A stretch of DNA of 64,000 nucleotides, from positions 548-64,547 of the forward strand of contig JAICJG010000001.1 of assembly GCA_025928585.1 (NCBI GenBank), read 5' to 3'. Each line of letters begins with the position of its first letter. Position 1 is the stretch's first letter. Below are positions 56,647 to 64,000 of the stretch, in pieces. This DNA is from Rhodanobacteraceae bacterium. Lineage in GTDB: Bacteria > Pseudomonadota > Gammaproteobacteria > Xanthomonadales > Rhodanobacteraceae. Under the pieces are notes generated by a model that worked only from the letters and a program-made list of their open reading frames with translations, was not told the DNA's origin and made no database searches. Made by a program: the position numbers and the translations under genes.

Positions 56647-57399
56647 TCAGTCGTGGAGCCGCCGGCGCCGCAGGCCCACGAACGTGCCGATCAGCAGCAG
56701 GCCCAGCCCGAACATCCCCAGTGCCGCCGGTTCCGGCACCGCGGTTGGCTTCACGCACGGGCCGGTCCCTGTGCATACGTACAGGTTGCCGTCCAACACG
56801 ATCGGATCAAACGCGATGGGCGTGATCCAGATATCGGTGATGCCGGTCAGGGCCCGACTGGTGAGGCTGAGCGTGCAGGAGCCTTCCACGGTGGTGCAGC
56901 CACCCAGGAAGCTGATTGGCTCGCAGCCGACATCGCCCGGAGCGCACGTTGCGCCGAACAGATTGCCGGTGTTCGTTCCCTCGACCGAATCGACCGTGAT
57001 CAGCAGCCCGGTCCAGCCGGTGAGCGCACTGATATCGAGGTCGATGATCTGCTGCGGGTCGGAGCCGATCTGGTCACCGGTGCAGGCGGGATCGAGCGGC
57101 GAGTTGCATTCGACGCCCAGGCCCGGCACGTTCGGGTTCTTGAGCATCGTGGCCGGGTTCCAGGTGCCATCGTCGTTCTCCCAACCACTCAGCGACACCG
57201 TACCGTGACCGGCGCTGGGCGCGAATGCCCGCGGCGCGAGCAAGGACGTCGCGGTGCTCCCGCCGACGGTCGGGGACGTCCAGGTGCTGCTGCCCGAGGC
57301 GGCCAAAAGGCCGACGTGGATGGGAATGGCGTTGGCGCCGAGCGAACACAGCAGTGCGCCGGAGGCAAGCGCGGCGGAAAGGAGCACGGAGTTGCGCAT
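56647..57399 (-). CDS. PEP-CTERM sorting-domain secreted protein
   Basis: ATG at 57399 with a signal peptide (MRNSVLLSAALASGALLCSLGANA). The C-terminus VPEPAALGMFGLGLLLIGTFVGLRRRR is a textbook PEP-CTERM anchor. Confidence 0.85.
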   Translation of the reverse strand: MRNSVLLSAALASGALLCSLGANAIPIHVGLLAASGSSTWTSPTVGGSTATSLLAPRAFAPSAGHGTVSLSGWENDDGTWNPATMLKNPNVPGLGVECNSPLDPACTGDQIGSDPQQIIDLDISALTGWTGLLITVDSVEGTNTGNLFGATCAPGDVGCEPISFLGGCTTVEGSCTLSLTSRALTGITDIWITPIAFDPIVLDGNLYVCTGTGPCVKPTAVPEPAALGMFGLGLLLIGTFVGLRRRRLHD

Positions 57400-57883
57400 G
57401 GCCAGCCTCTGGGATGCAAAGGATTGGGGACTGGCCTTTTGCGTCCGCAACGTCGGTGCGCGTCAGCAGTCCGACCTCAGCCAAGCACAGGGCGTGCCGA
57501 GAACGCAAGCCTTTGAAATGTCTGGCAACGTGTGGTCTTGAATCCGTCGTGCAGATCGAAAATGTAATGTCTTCCGACACGCGTCGCCATGCACGCCATT
57601 GGCTTTGGCCCGCGCGGGCGGCGCCGCGGCTGAATTCCATTGCGATCACCGGAATGTAAGGCGTCCCGACGGAAACGTTCGCCTTTGGCTGGCACGGGTT
57701 GCCAATCGACATGGGAGCCATCTGTTCCCGAACGGCGGAGACCGAGCCGCGGGTGTTCGCGCGCGGGCGCTCGAGTTTCCTGGCGGCTGCGTTTTGCGGT
57801 AGCATCGAGCGGGTGCTTGCAAGCACGCCCGCTTCAAGGAATGAAGCCGGCCGCGGCCCCGCGGTCCAGCGCGAGGAACCGAC

Positions 57884-60853
57884 ATGGCGGAAATCCGCGA
57901 TTGCACGATCGTCTTCGACGGCAAACCGCTCACCGGCGCCGCCGATCAGCCGCTGGTCGAATTCCTGCTCGAGCACCACATCGACCTTCCTCACGTTTGC
58001 TACTTGCAGCCGCTCGGACCGATCCGGACCTGCGACACCTGCTGGGTCGAAGTCGGCGGCGAACTGCAGCGTGCCTGTGCGCTTAGGAGCGCCGACGGGA
58101 TGGAGGTCGTCAGTGCCAGCGAACGCGCAACGAGTGCGCGCCACGAAGGCATGGACCGCATCCTCGCCAAGCACGAACTCTATTGCACCGTCTGCGAGAA
58201 CAACACCGGCGACTGCCAGTTGCACAACACGTTCGCCGGCATGGAGATGCCGATCCAGCGCTATCCGTTTACCCGCAAACCCTACCAAAAAGACACCTCG
58301 AGCCCGTTCTACACCTACGATCCGGACCAGTGCATCCTGTGCGGGCGCTGCGTCGAGGCGTGCCAGAACATCGAGGTCAACGAAACGCTCAGCATCGACT
58401 GGTCGATGGAGCATCCGCGGGTGTTGTGGGACGGCGGCAAGCCGATCGACGAATCGAGCTGCGTGCAATGCGGCCACTGCGTCACGGTGTGCCCCTGCAA
58501 CGCCCTGCTCGAAAAGACCATGCAGCCGGATGCCGGGCCGCTGACGTCGATGCCGCAGGCGCTCAAGCGGCCGTTGATCGACACCATCAAGGACTGGGAA
58601 AACACGATGGGCGCGCCGCCCATCACGGGCATTTCGGAAATGGACATGCGCTGGCGCCAGCCGGAGATCAAGCGCACCAAGACTGTGTGCACCTATTGCG
58701 GCGTCGGTTGCAGTTTCGAGATGTGGACCCGTGACCGCCTCATCCTCAAGGTCCAGCCGATGCCCGAGGCTCCGGCCAATGGCATCTCGACCTGCATCAA
58801 GGGCAAGTTCGCCTGGGACTTCGTCAACAGCCCCGACCGCCTCACCACGCCGCTGATCCGGGAGAACGGCCGCTTTCGCGAGGCGTCCTGGGACGAGGCG
58901 CTGGACCTCGTCGCTCGCCGGCTGCTGGAGATCCGCGAGCGGCACGGGCCGCGCAGCATCGGCTTCATCGCCTCGAGCAAGGCGAGCAACGAGGAAGCCT
59001 ACCTGACCCAGAAGATCGCGCGCCTCATCATCGGCACCAACAGTGTCGACAATTCATCGCGCTACTGCCAGAGCCCGGCGACCAAGGGCTTGCAGCGGAC
59101 GGTTGGCGTCGGTGCCGATTCCGGCACCATCCGCGACATCGAGAAGGCCGACGTCGTCGTGCTGGTCGGCACCAATACGGCCGAGAACCACCCGGTGATC
59201 GCCTCGCGCATCAAGCGTGCGCACAAGCTCCATGGCCAGAAACTGATCGTCGCCGACCTCCGTCGCCACGAAATGGCGACCCGTGCGGACCTCTTTCTGC
59301 GCACCAGGCCCAGCACCGACCTCGTCTGGGCGTCGGCGTTGTCGCGCTACATGTTCGACCACGATCTGGCCGACCTGGACTTTTTGCGCCAGCGCGTCAA
59401 CCAGGTGGATGAATATCGTGCGTCACTCGAACCGTTCACGCTGGATTTCGCGGAAGAAGTGACCGGGGTGCCCAAAGAGCAACTGATCGAGGCAGCCGAG
59501 ATGATCGGCCATGCCGAACGCGTGTGCCTGCTGTGGGCGATGGGGATCACCCAGCACGGCCACGGCGCCGACACCAGCACCGCGCTCTCGAACCTGATGC
59601 TCGTCACCGGCAATTTCGGCCGGCCCGGCACCGGCGCCTACCCGATGCGCGGCCACAACAACGTGCAGGGCGCCAGCGACTTCGGCGGCCTCAAGAACGT
59701 CTATCCGGGCTACGAAAAAGTCACCGACGAGGAGGCGCGGGCGCGCTGGGCGAAGGGCTGGGGCGTCGCATCGGAACAGTTGTCGAACGAAGTAGGTCTG
59801 GACAACTTCGAGATGACGATGAAGGCCGGCGACGAGTTGAAGGCGATGTACATCATCGGCGAGGAAACCGCGGCTTCCGAATCCAACGCCCAGGAAACGC
59901 ACGAGCATTTCGCGAAGCTCGATTTCATGGTGGTCGAGGACATGTTCGTCAGCGCCACCGCCGAATACGCGGACGTGGTCCTGCCGGCCTGTGCGAGCAT
60001 CGAAAAGGAAGGCACGTACGTCAACACCGAACGGCGCATCCAGCGCTTCTACGAAGTGATGCCGCCGCTCGGCGACAGCCGGCCCGATTGGCGCATCCTC
60101 ACCGACCTTGCCGCGCGCATGGGCCACGACTGGGGTTACACGCACCCATCGCAAATCATGGACGAATGCGCCGGCATTGCGAAGGTGTTTGCCGGCGTCA
60201 ACTACGAGCGGTTGGAAGGGTTCAAGTCACTGGTCTGGCCGGTCAAGGAAGACGGCACCGACACACCGCTGCTGTACACCGACAAATTCCATATGCCGGG
60301 CGGAAAGGCCGTGCTGTACCCGCTCGAGTGGCAGCAGCCGGCCGAGGTGCCGGACGAGGAATTCGACCTGCACGTCAACAACGGCCGCCTGCTCGAACAT
60401 TTCCAGTCGATGAACCAGACCGGCAAGGGGCCGCGGATGATGTCCGAAGTCCCCCATTGGTTCATCGAAATCGGTCGCGAGCTCGCCGCCGAGCGCGGGA
60501 TCGAGGATGGCACCTGGCTGCGCGTGATCTCGCGGCGCGGCGCCGTGAAGGTGCGTGCGCTGGTCACCGATCGCGTGCACGGCAACGAGCTGTACCTGCC
60601 GATCCACCACGAGAAGCCGTCGATGAACCGCCTCACCGGCAATGCCCACGACCCGGACGTCAACACACCCGCCTACAAGGAAGTCGCCGTCCGGATCGAA
60701 AAGCTGGGCGAACGTGGCGAGCCTCCACTGCACCGGAACAATTTCCGTTTCGGAAATCCAACGCCGCGGCCCGGCCCCGAGGTCGAGCGCAAATGGCAGC
60801 GCGACGACTATGCGCCGATCACGGAACGCGCACCGCATCCGGAGCGCATGTGA
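57884..60853 (+). CDS. Formate dehydrogenase alpha subunit, molybdopterin type with N-terminal 2Fe-2S/4Fe-4S domains (YrhE/FdhF-like, Cys variant)
   Basis: Has an N-terminal plant-type ferredoxin-like CYLQPLGPIRTCDTCWV. Two 4Fe-4S motifs are CILCGRCVEAC and CVQCGHCVTVCPC. The MopB Cys cluster is CTYCGVGCSF. The active-site region is SSRYCQSPAT (Cys, with no in-frame TGA). A C-terminal molybdopterin-binding barrel is present. Confidence 0.9.
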   Translation: MAEIRDCTIVFDGKPLTGAADQPLVEFLLEHHIDLPHVCYLQPLGPIRTCDTCWVEVGGELQRACALRSADGMEVVSASERATSARHEGMDRILAKHELYCTVCENNTGDCQLHNTFAGMEMPIQRYPFTRKPYQKDTSSPFYTYDPDQCILCGRCVEACQNIEVNETLSIDWSMEHPRVLWDGGKPIDESSCVQCGHCVTVCPCNALLEKTMQPDAGPLTSMPQALKRPLIDTIKDWENTMGAPPITGISEMDMRWRQPEIKRTKTVCTYCGVGCSFEMWTRDRLILKVQPMPEAPANGISTCIKGKFAWDFVNSPDRLTTPLIRENGRFREASWDEALDLVARRLLEIRERHGPRSIGFIASSKASNEEAYLTQKIARLIIGTNSVDNSSRYCQSPATKGLQRTVGVGADSGTIRDIEKADVVVLVGTNTAENHPVIASRIKRAHKLHGQKLIVADLRRHEMATRADLFLRTRPSTDLVWASALSRYMFDHDLADLDFLRQRVNQVDEYRASLEPFTLDFAEEVTGVPKEQLIEAAEMIGHAERVCLLWAMGITQHGHGADTSTALSNLMLVTGNFGRPGTGAYPMRGHNNVQGASDFGGLKNVYPGYEKVTDEEARARWAKGWGVASEQLSNEVGLDNFEMTMKAGDELKAMYIIGEETAASESNAQETHEHFAKLDFMVVEDMFVSATAEYADVVLPACASIEKEGTYVNTERRIQRFYEVMPPLGDSRPDWRILTDLAARMGHDWGYTHPSQIMDECAGIAKVFAGVNYERLEGFKSLVWPVKEDGTDTPLLYTDKFHMPGGKAVLYPLEWQQPAEVPDEEFDLHVNNGRLLEHFQSMNQTGKGPRMMSEVPHWFIEIGRELAAERGIEDGTWLRVISRRGAVKVRALVTDRVHGNELYLPIHHEKPSMNRLTGNAHDPDVNTPAYKEVAVRIEKLGERGEPPLHRNNFRFGNPTPRPGPEVERKWQRDDYAPITERAPHPERM

Positions 60854-60946
60854 TGTCCCCGGCGCACGCAGGACGTGGCCGGGCCCCCGCCGTGCGACCC
60901 GATCACACGCACGGGCGGGACGGGACCACTCCCGGAGCAGGACATC

Positions 60947-61429
60947 ATGGCTGAACCCATCCAGTACACGCCGCGGCCCGCGAAAATCGGCCCCGACGCG
61001 CACGACGAACTCGAGCGGCTGTTGCAGTCGATGCACGAGCACGGCGTGCTGCGCATGGCCAACGACCTGGTGGCCGCGAACACCCAGTGGACGCAGATCA
61101 TCGTCGACGGACTCAGCAAGGCGGGTTCGCGCAAGACCGTGCAGAACCTGTCGATCCTGCTGATGGTGCTGTCGCGGATCGAGCCGGGCGATTTCTACAA
61201 GATGCTGTTCGCGCTCCGGGACAGCCTCGAATACCTGGCGCGCCCCGAGCCCGCAGCCGACAAGCCGGAGCCACCGGGCATCAGGGGCGCCTACAGGATG
61301 CTCAAGGATGATGCGCTGTGGCGCGGCCTCCGACCTTTGCTCGGCGCGCTGAAGGCATTCGGCGAAGGTCTCGACCGCAAGGTCGACACGCCCATTTCGG
61401 CGTTCACCGGCAAACCCACCGAACATTGA
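60947..61429 (+). CDS. DUF1641-family protein (YrhD-like partner of YrhE-type formate dehydrogenase)
   Basis: ATG at 60947 ([14 protein letters not shown]...). Contains [35 protein letters not shown] and [29 protein letters not shown]. Both the family call and the pairing with this FDH type are from recollection. Confidence 0.6.
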   Translation: MAEPIQYTPRPAKIGPDAHDELERLLQSMHEHGVLRMANDLVAANTQWTQIIVDGLSKAGSRKTVQNLSILLMVLSRIEPGDFYKMLFALRDSLEYLARPEPAADKPEPPGIRGAYRMLKDDALWRGLRPLLGALKAFGEGLDRKVDTPISAFTGKPTEH

Positions 61430-61468
61430 TGGCGCGTTGCCCCGGCGGCGTCGGGCGCGAATCGGGAT

Positions 61469-61544
61469 TGGTGGAGCTGAGGGGGATCGAACCCCTGACC
61501 TCTGCATTGCGAACGCAGCGCTCTCCCAGCTGAGCTACAGCCCC
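61469..61544 (-). tRNA. tRNA-Ala (anticodon CGC)
   Basis: The reverse complement is GGGGCTGTAGCTCAGCTGGGAGAGCGCTGCGTTCGCAATGCAGAGGTCAGGGGTTCGATCCCCCTCAGCTCCACCA. It has the G3:U70 Ala identity pair, the anticodon loop TTCGCAA and an encoded CCA end. Confidence 0.92.
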
Positions 61545-61660
61545 ACACGTTTGGTTGTCCCGGCAAGCGTCCGATCGGACGCTGCGGTGCGTCGACGCGT
61601 TGCGCGCCAGCGAGCCGTGTATGGTAACCGGTCTGCCGGCGGCGGCCAAGCCTTGCGAAG

Positions 61661-61786
61661 GAAAACCGGGGTCAGAGTGCCTTTTCGCAAGCCAACCGAA
61701 AACCGGGGTCAGAGTGCCTTTTCGCAAGCAAGGCCAGGGATCATTTGAGAGCGGTACCCGAAAAGCCACTCTGACCCCGGTTTTCG
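61661..61786. repeat. Family D repeats: two perfect 32-bp direct copies plus one inverted copy, between tRNA-Ala and rnd
   Basis: gaaaaccggggtcagagtgccttttcgcaagc occurs at 61661-61692 and 61698-61729. The inverted copy cgaaaagccactctgaccccggttttcg lies at 61759-61786. Confidence 0.85.
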
Positions 61787-61796
61787 ACGGTCTTCA

Positions 61797-62882
61797 TCAG
61801 CCTGGCAGCAGGGGCGTCAGCTCCGCTTCCAGCAAGCCGCGGCGCCAGCCTTCCAGCCCGGCGGGCCAGGTCCTGGCGACCGCGAGTTCCTCGATCAGGC
61901 GGCGTGGACAGAGCAACCCGGCAGGCAGGTCGAGCTTCGCCGCGATCGCGTGGACCTTTTCGCGCATCGCGTCGGCCGAGCGTTTGTATTGGCCCCGCGG
62001 CGCGGCCACGATCGGTTCGAGTGCGTCAAGTTCCCCCGGAGTCGCCTCCGCGTGCAACAGAGGGAGCAGTTCCGATCTTTGCGGTCCGCGCAGCGCGCGC
62101 AGACCCTTGACCCGTTCGAACAATGCCTGCGGATCGGCTGGCGGCTGAAGCGACAGCGACAGGGCATGGGCGTCATCCAGCAGCCACGGTTTCGGCTTGT
62201 CGAGCGCACGGGCGGCCTCGTCCCGCCACAGCAATACCCGACGCAGGCGCGCCTGTGCTTCCGGCGGCCAGTCCGCCGCCGCCCGGAAATCGCGCTGCGG
62301 CTGGAGGTCGGCGCCCTGGCGTTGCCGATCGGCTTGGTGCAGAAGCCGGGCGCAGTCTTCGGCGTGCCATTCGCGGCGGCCGAGCCGATCGAGGCGCGCC
62401 GCCAGCACCCCCTGCAATTCGACGAGGTAGGCGACATCGAGCTCGGCATATTCGAGCTGGCTCGGGGTGAGTGGCCGCCGCAACCAGTCGGAACGCGTTT
62501 CGTCTTTCGGGATATCGATGCCGAGCAGTGCCGCCACGAGCTTCTGGTAGCTGAGTCCCGGCCCCATCCCGCACAACGCCGCCGCGATCTGCGTGTCGAA
62601 GAGTTGCAGCGGCATATCGCCAAGCAGCGGCGCCAGCGCCTGCAGGTCCTCGCCCGCGCTGTGCATCACGCAGCAGCGGCGGGCCACCAGTGCGCGCACA
62701 TCGGCTCCGGCATCGTAGGCGGTGGGGTCGACGAGCCAGCGCTCGTTCTCGTGCGCGGCCTGCACCAGCGCAAGTTTCGGGTAATAGGTGTCCCGGCGCA
62801 TGAACTCGGTGTCGAGCCCGATCGCCCCATTGTCGCCGGGCACCGGCATCCGGGCCGACTGGTCGATCCAGGCGGCAGTCAT
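61797..62882 (-). CDS. rnd: Ribonuclease D
   Basis: The DEDD 3'-5' exonuclease blocks are IGLDTEF, VMHSAGEDL and YAELDVAYL. An HRDC-like C-terminal region follows. Confidence 0.88.
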   Translation of the reverse strand: MTAAWIDQSARMPVPGDNGAIGLDTEFMRRDTYYPKLALVQAAHENERWLVDPTAYDAGADVRALVARRCCVMHSAGEDLQALAPLLGDMPLQLFDTQIAAALCGMGPGLSYQKLVAALLGIDIPKDETRSDWLRRPLTPSQLEYAELDVAYLVELQGVLAARLDRLGRREWHAEDCARLLHQADRQRQGADLQPQRDFRAAADWPPEAQARLRRVLLWRDEAARALDKPKPWLLDDAHALSLSLQPPADPQALFERVKGLRALRGPQRSELLPLLHAEATPGELDALEPIVAAPRGQYKRSADAMREKVHAIAAKLDLPAGLLCPRRLIEELAVARTWPAGLEGWRRGLLEAELTPLLPG

Positions 62883-62971
62883 CGCTCGTTACCGTGCGTG
62901 ATTTGGTGTTCCATTGCAGACCGGTTTGCTATCGTGAACCGCACACGATAACAGCCAGCCTTCGCCCACGC

Positions 62972-64000
62972 ATGCCGAATCCGCAACTGCTCAGCCGTCA
63001 ACATGCCATCGGGGGCGCGATCGGCGTGCTGCTTTTGGTGTTCGCACTGGTGTATCGCTTCTTCCCGGCGGCGCTGAAAGTCGAACCGGTGGCGCTGAAG
63101 CCGCGCCCGGCCGCATCGGCCAGTGCGCCGCCCGGCGGGCGGCGGGCCGCGCGGCAATTGACGCCGGCGGAATCCGAACTCAATGCGGGGCCGCCGATTT
63201 CGCTGGCACCGGCTTCCGTGATCGCGGCGCGCGCTCGCGCAGGAAGCCTGGGCGGGCAGGCGGGCAACGGCAAGGTCGCGCAGTTGTTGACGCGGGCCGG
63301 CAAGGCCGCCAGCGACGGACATCTCGCCGGCCCCGGGGACGCGACTGCCCTCGCACTGGTGCTGCGGGCGGTCCAGGAGGCGCCGGACGACCCGCACGTC
63401 CAGCGGGCCGTGTCCTTGCTGCATGCGCGCCTCGTGGCCGATGCGCAACAGTCGCTGGCTGCCGGCGACGCCGACGCCGCGCGCGCGAACCTCGCAGCCC
63501 TGAAGCGACTCCCTGGTGCCGGGGACGACGCGCAGGCGTTGGCGGCACGCGTCGATGTCTCCGCCCGGGTTCAGGCGCTGCTTGAAGATGCCTCCGGCCT
63601 GGTGCAGCAGGGCAAGCTCGAGGGGCCCGGCCCCGGCAGCGCACTTGCGGTCTATCGCGAAGTGCTGTCGCTCGATCCCGAAAACGTGGTCGCGCGGCAA
63701 GGGCTGCAGCGCGTGCAGGAGGAGGCGCTGGACCGTGCGTTGAGCGCCGCCGCGCAAAACGAAGACAAGAAGGCCGAGGCAGCGCTGGCGGACGCCGCCT
63801 CGATCCTGCCTTCGTCGCATGCGCTCGCGGAAACCCGCGCCCGCATCGCCGCCCTGCGCAGCGGCCGCGCCGAGAGCCTGATGGCGCAGGCGACCTCGGC
63901 GCTCGATGCCGGCAACGCCGCCCTGGCCGAACGGCTGGCCGTACAGGCCGGCGCCCTCGGCGCATCGACGGAGGCGTTCCTCGCGAGATTGAAGAACGCC
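62972..64000 (+). CDS. Hypothetical membrane-anchored Ala/Leu-rich helical-repeat (TPR-like) protein; 3' end beyond the window
   Basis: Manual translation from the ATG at 62972 gives MPNPQLLSRQHAIGGAIGVLLLVFALVYRFF (TM)...AQLLTRAGKAASDGHLAGPGD...ALAVYREVLSLDPENVVARQGLQRVQEEAL... There is no stop up to position 64000. It is absent from the ORF track because it is open-ended. Confidence 0.6.
   Translation, partial: MPNPQLLSRQHAIGGAIGVLLLVFALVYRFFPAALKVEPVALKPRPAASASAPPGGRRAARQLTPAESELNAGPPISLAPASVIAARARAGSLGGQAGNGKVAQLLTRAGKAASDGHLAGPGDATALALVLRAVQEAPDDPHVQRAVSLLHARLVADAQQSLAAGDADAARANLAALKRLPGAGDDAQALAARVDVSARVQALLEDASGLVQQGKLEGPGPGSALAVYREVLSLDPENVVARQGLQRVQEEALDRALSAAAQNEDKKAEAALADAASILPSSHALAETRARIAALRSGRAESLMAQATSALDAGNAALAERLAVQAGALGASTEAFLARLKNA

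Noticed and set aside
57400-57883. Molybdenum-cofactor (Moco) riboswitch upstream of the formate dehydrogenase
   Set aside because: I could not align the conserved Moco-motif blocks to this leader by eye. Only generic GC palindromes are visible. An Infernal/Rfam scan is needed before any claim.
57884-60853. Selenocysteine-containing formate dehydrogenase (in-frame TGA plus SECIS)
   Set aside because: The ORF is uninterrupted, and the active-site position reads Cys (SSRYCQSPAT). There is no in-frame TGA to recode.
61661-61729. Possible CRISPR array (identical 32-bp repeats with a short spacer)
   Set aside because: There are only two direct copies, and the spacer is 5 bp rather than about 30 bp. 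A third copy is inverted. No cas genes are in the window. The pattern fits a REP/MITE family.

Overview
High-GC bacterial chromosome window. Gene content and synteny look like a Xanthomonadales-type gammaproteobacterium, but that is inference because no search was possible. I call 56 protein-coding genes (two run off the window edges), two tRNAs (Arg-CCT and Ala-CGC) and several families of GC-rich intergenic repeats. About 60% of the window is ordinary housekeeping: phbB, gluQ, an OPT transporter, htpG-hslR, lgt, corA, the miaB-phoH-ybeY-corC block, suhB/trmJ, DUF47-pit, gcdH, fsr, murB, pyrD, an ALDH7, a formate dehydrogenase and rnd. The stand-out region is 37.5-54.6 kb. It is a roughly 17 kb isoprenoid supercluster in which mevalonate-pathway genes sit inside a squalene/hopanoid operon. 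The minus-strand order is sqs-shc-hpnG-hpnA-mvaD-PMK-HMGR::MVK-idi. The set includes a single-ORF HMG-CoA reductase::mevalonate kinase fusion and has no HMG-CoA synthase. A second tightly coupled operon follows (hpnH, HpnB-like GT2, PlsC-type acyltransferase, HpnL-like membrane protein). A GT-B glycosyltransferase converges on it, ispA is divergent from sqs, and tRNA-Arg lies at the cluster edge. I propose this as a self-contained mevalonate-fed hopanoid module that also makes a modified (glycosylated and/or acylated) hopanoid lipid. Secondary observations: MITE-like elements with GGGACC-rich inverted ends that supply the C-terminal codons and stop codons of neighbouring genes; a 21-bp perfect duplication around a 99-bp insert between DUF47 and pit; and a Sec-exported pilin-head-like protein. 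All protein identifications rest on motif and family recognition by eye from the supplied translations. No BLAST, HMM or folding was run. The many long Arg/Ala/Pro/Gly-rich ORFs in the six-frame track are GC-driven artefacts and are rejected.
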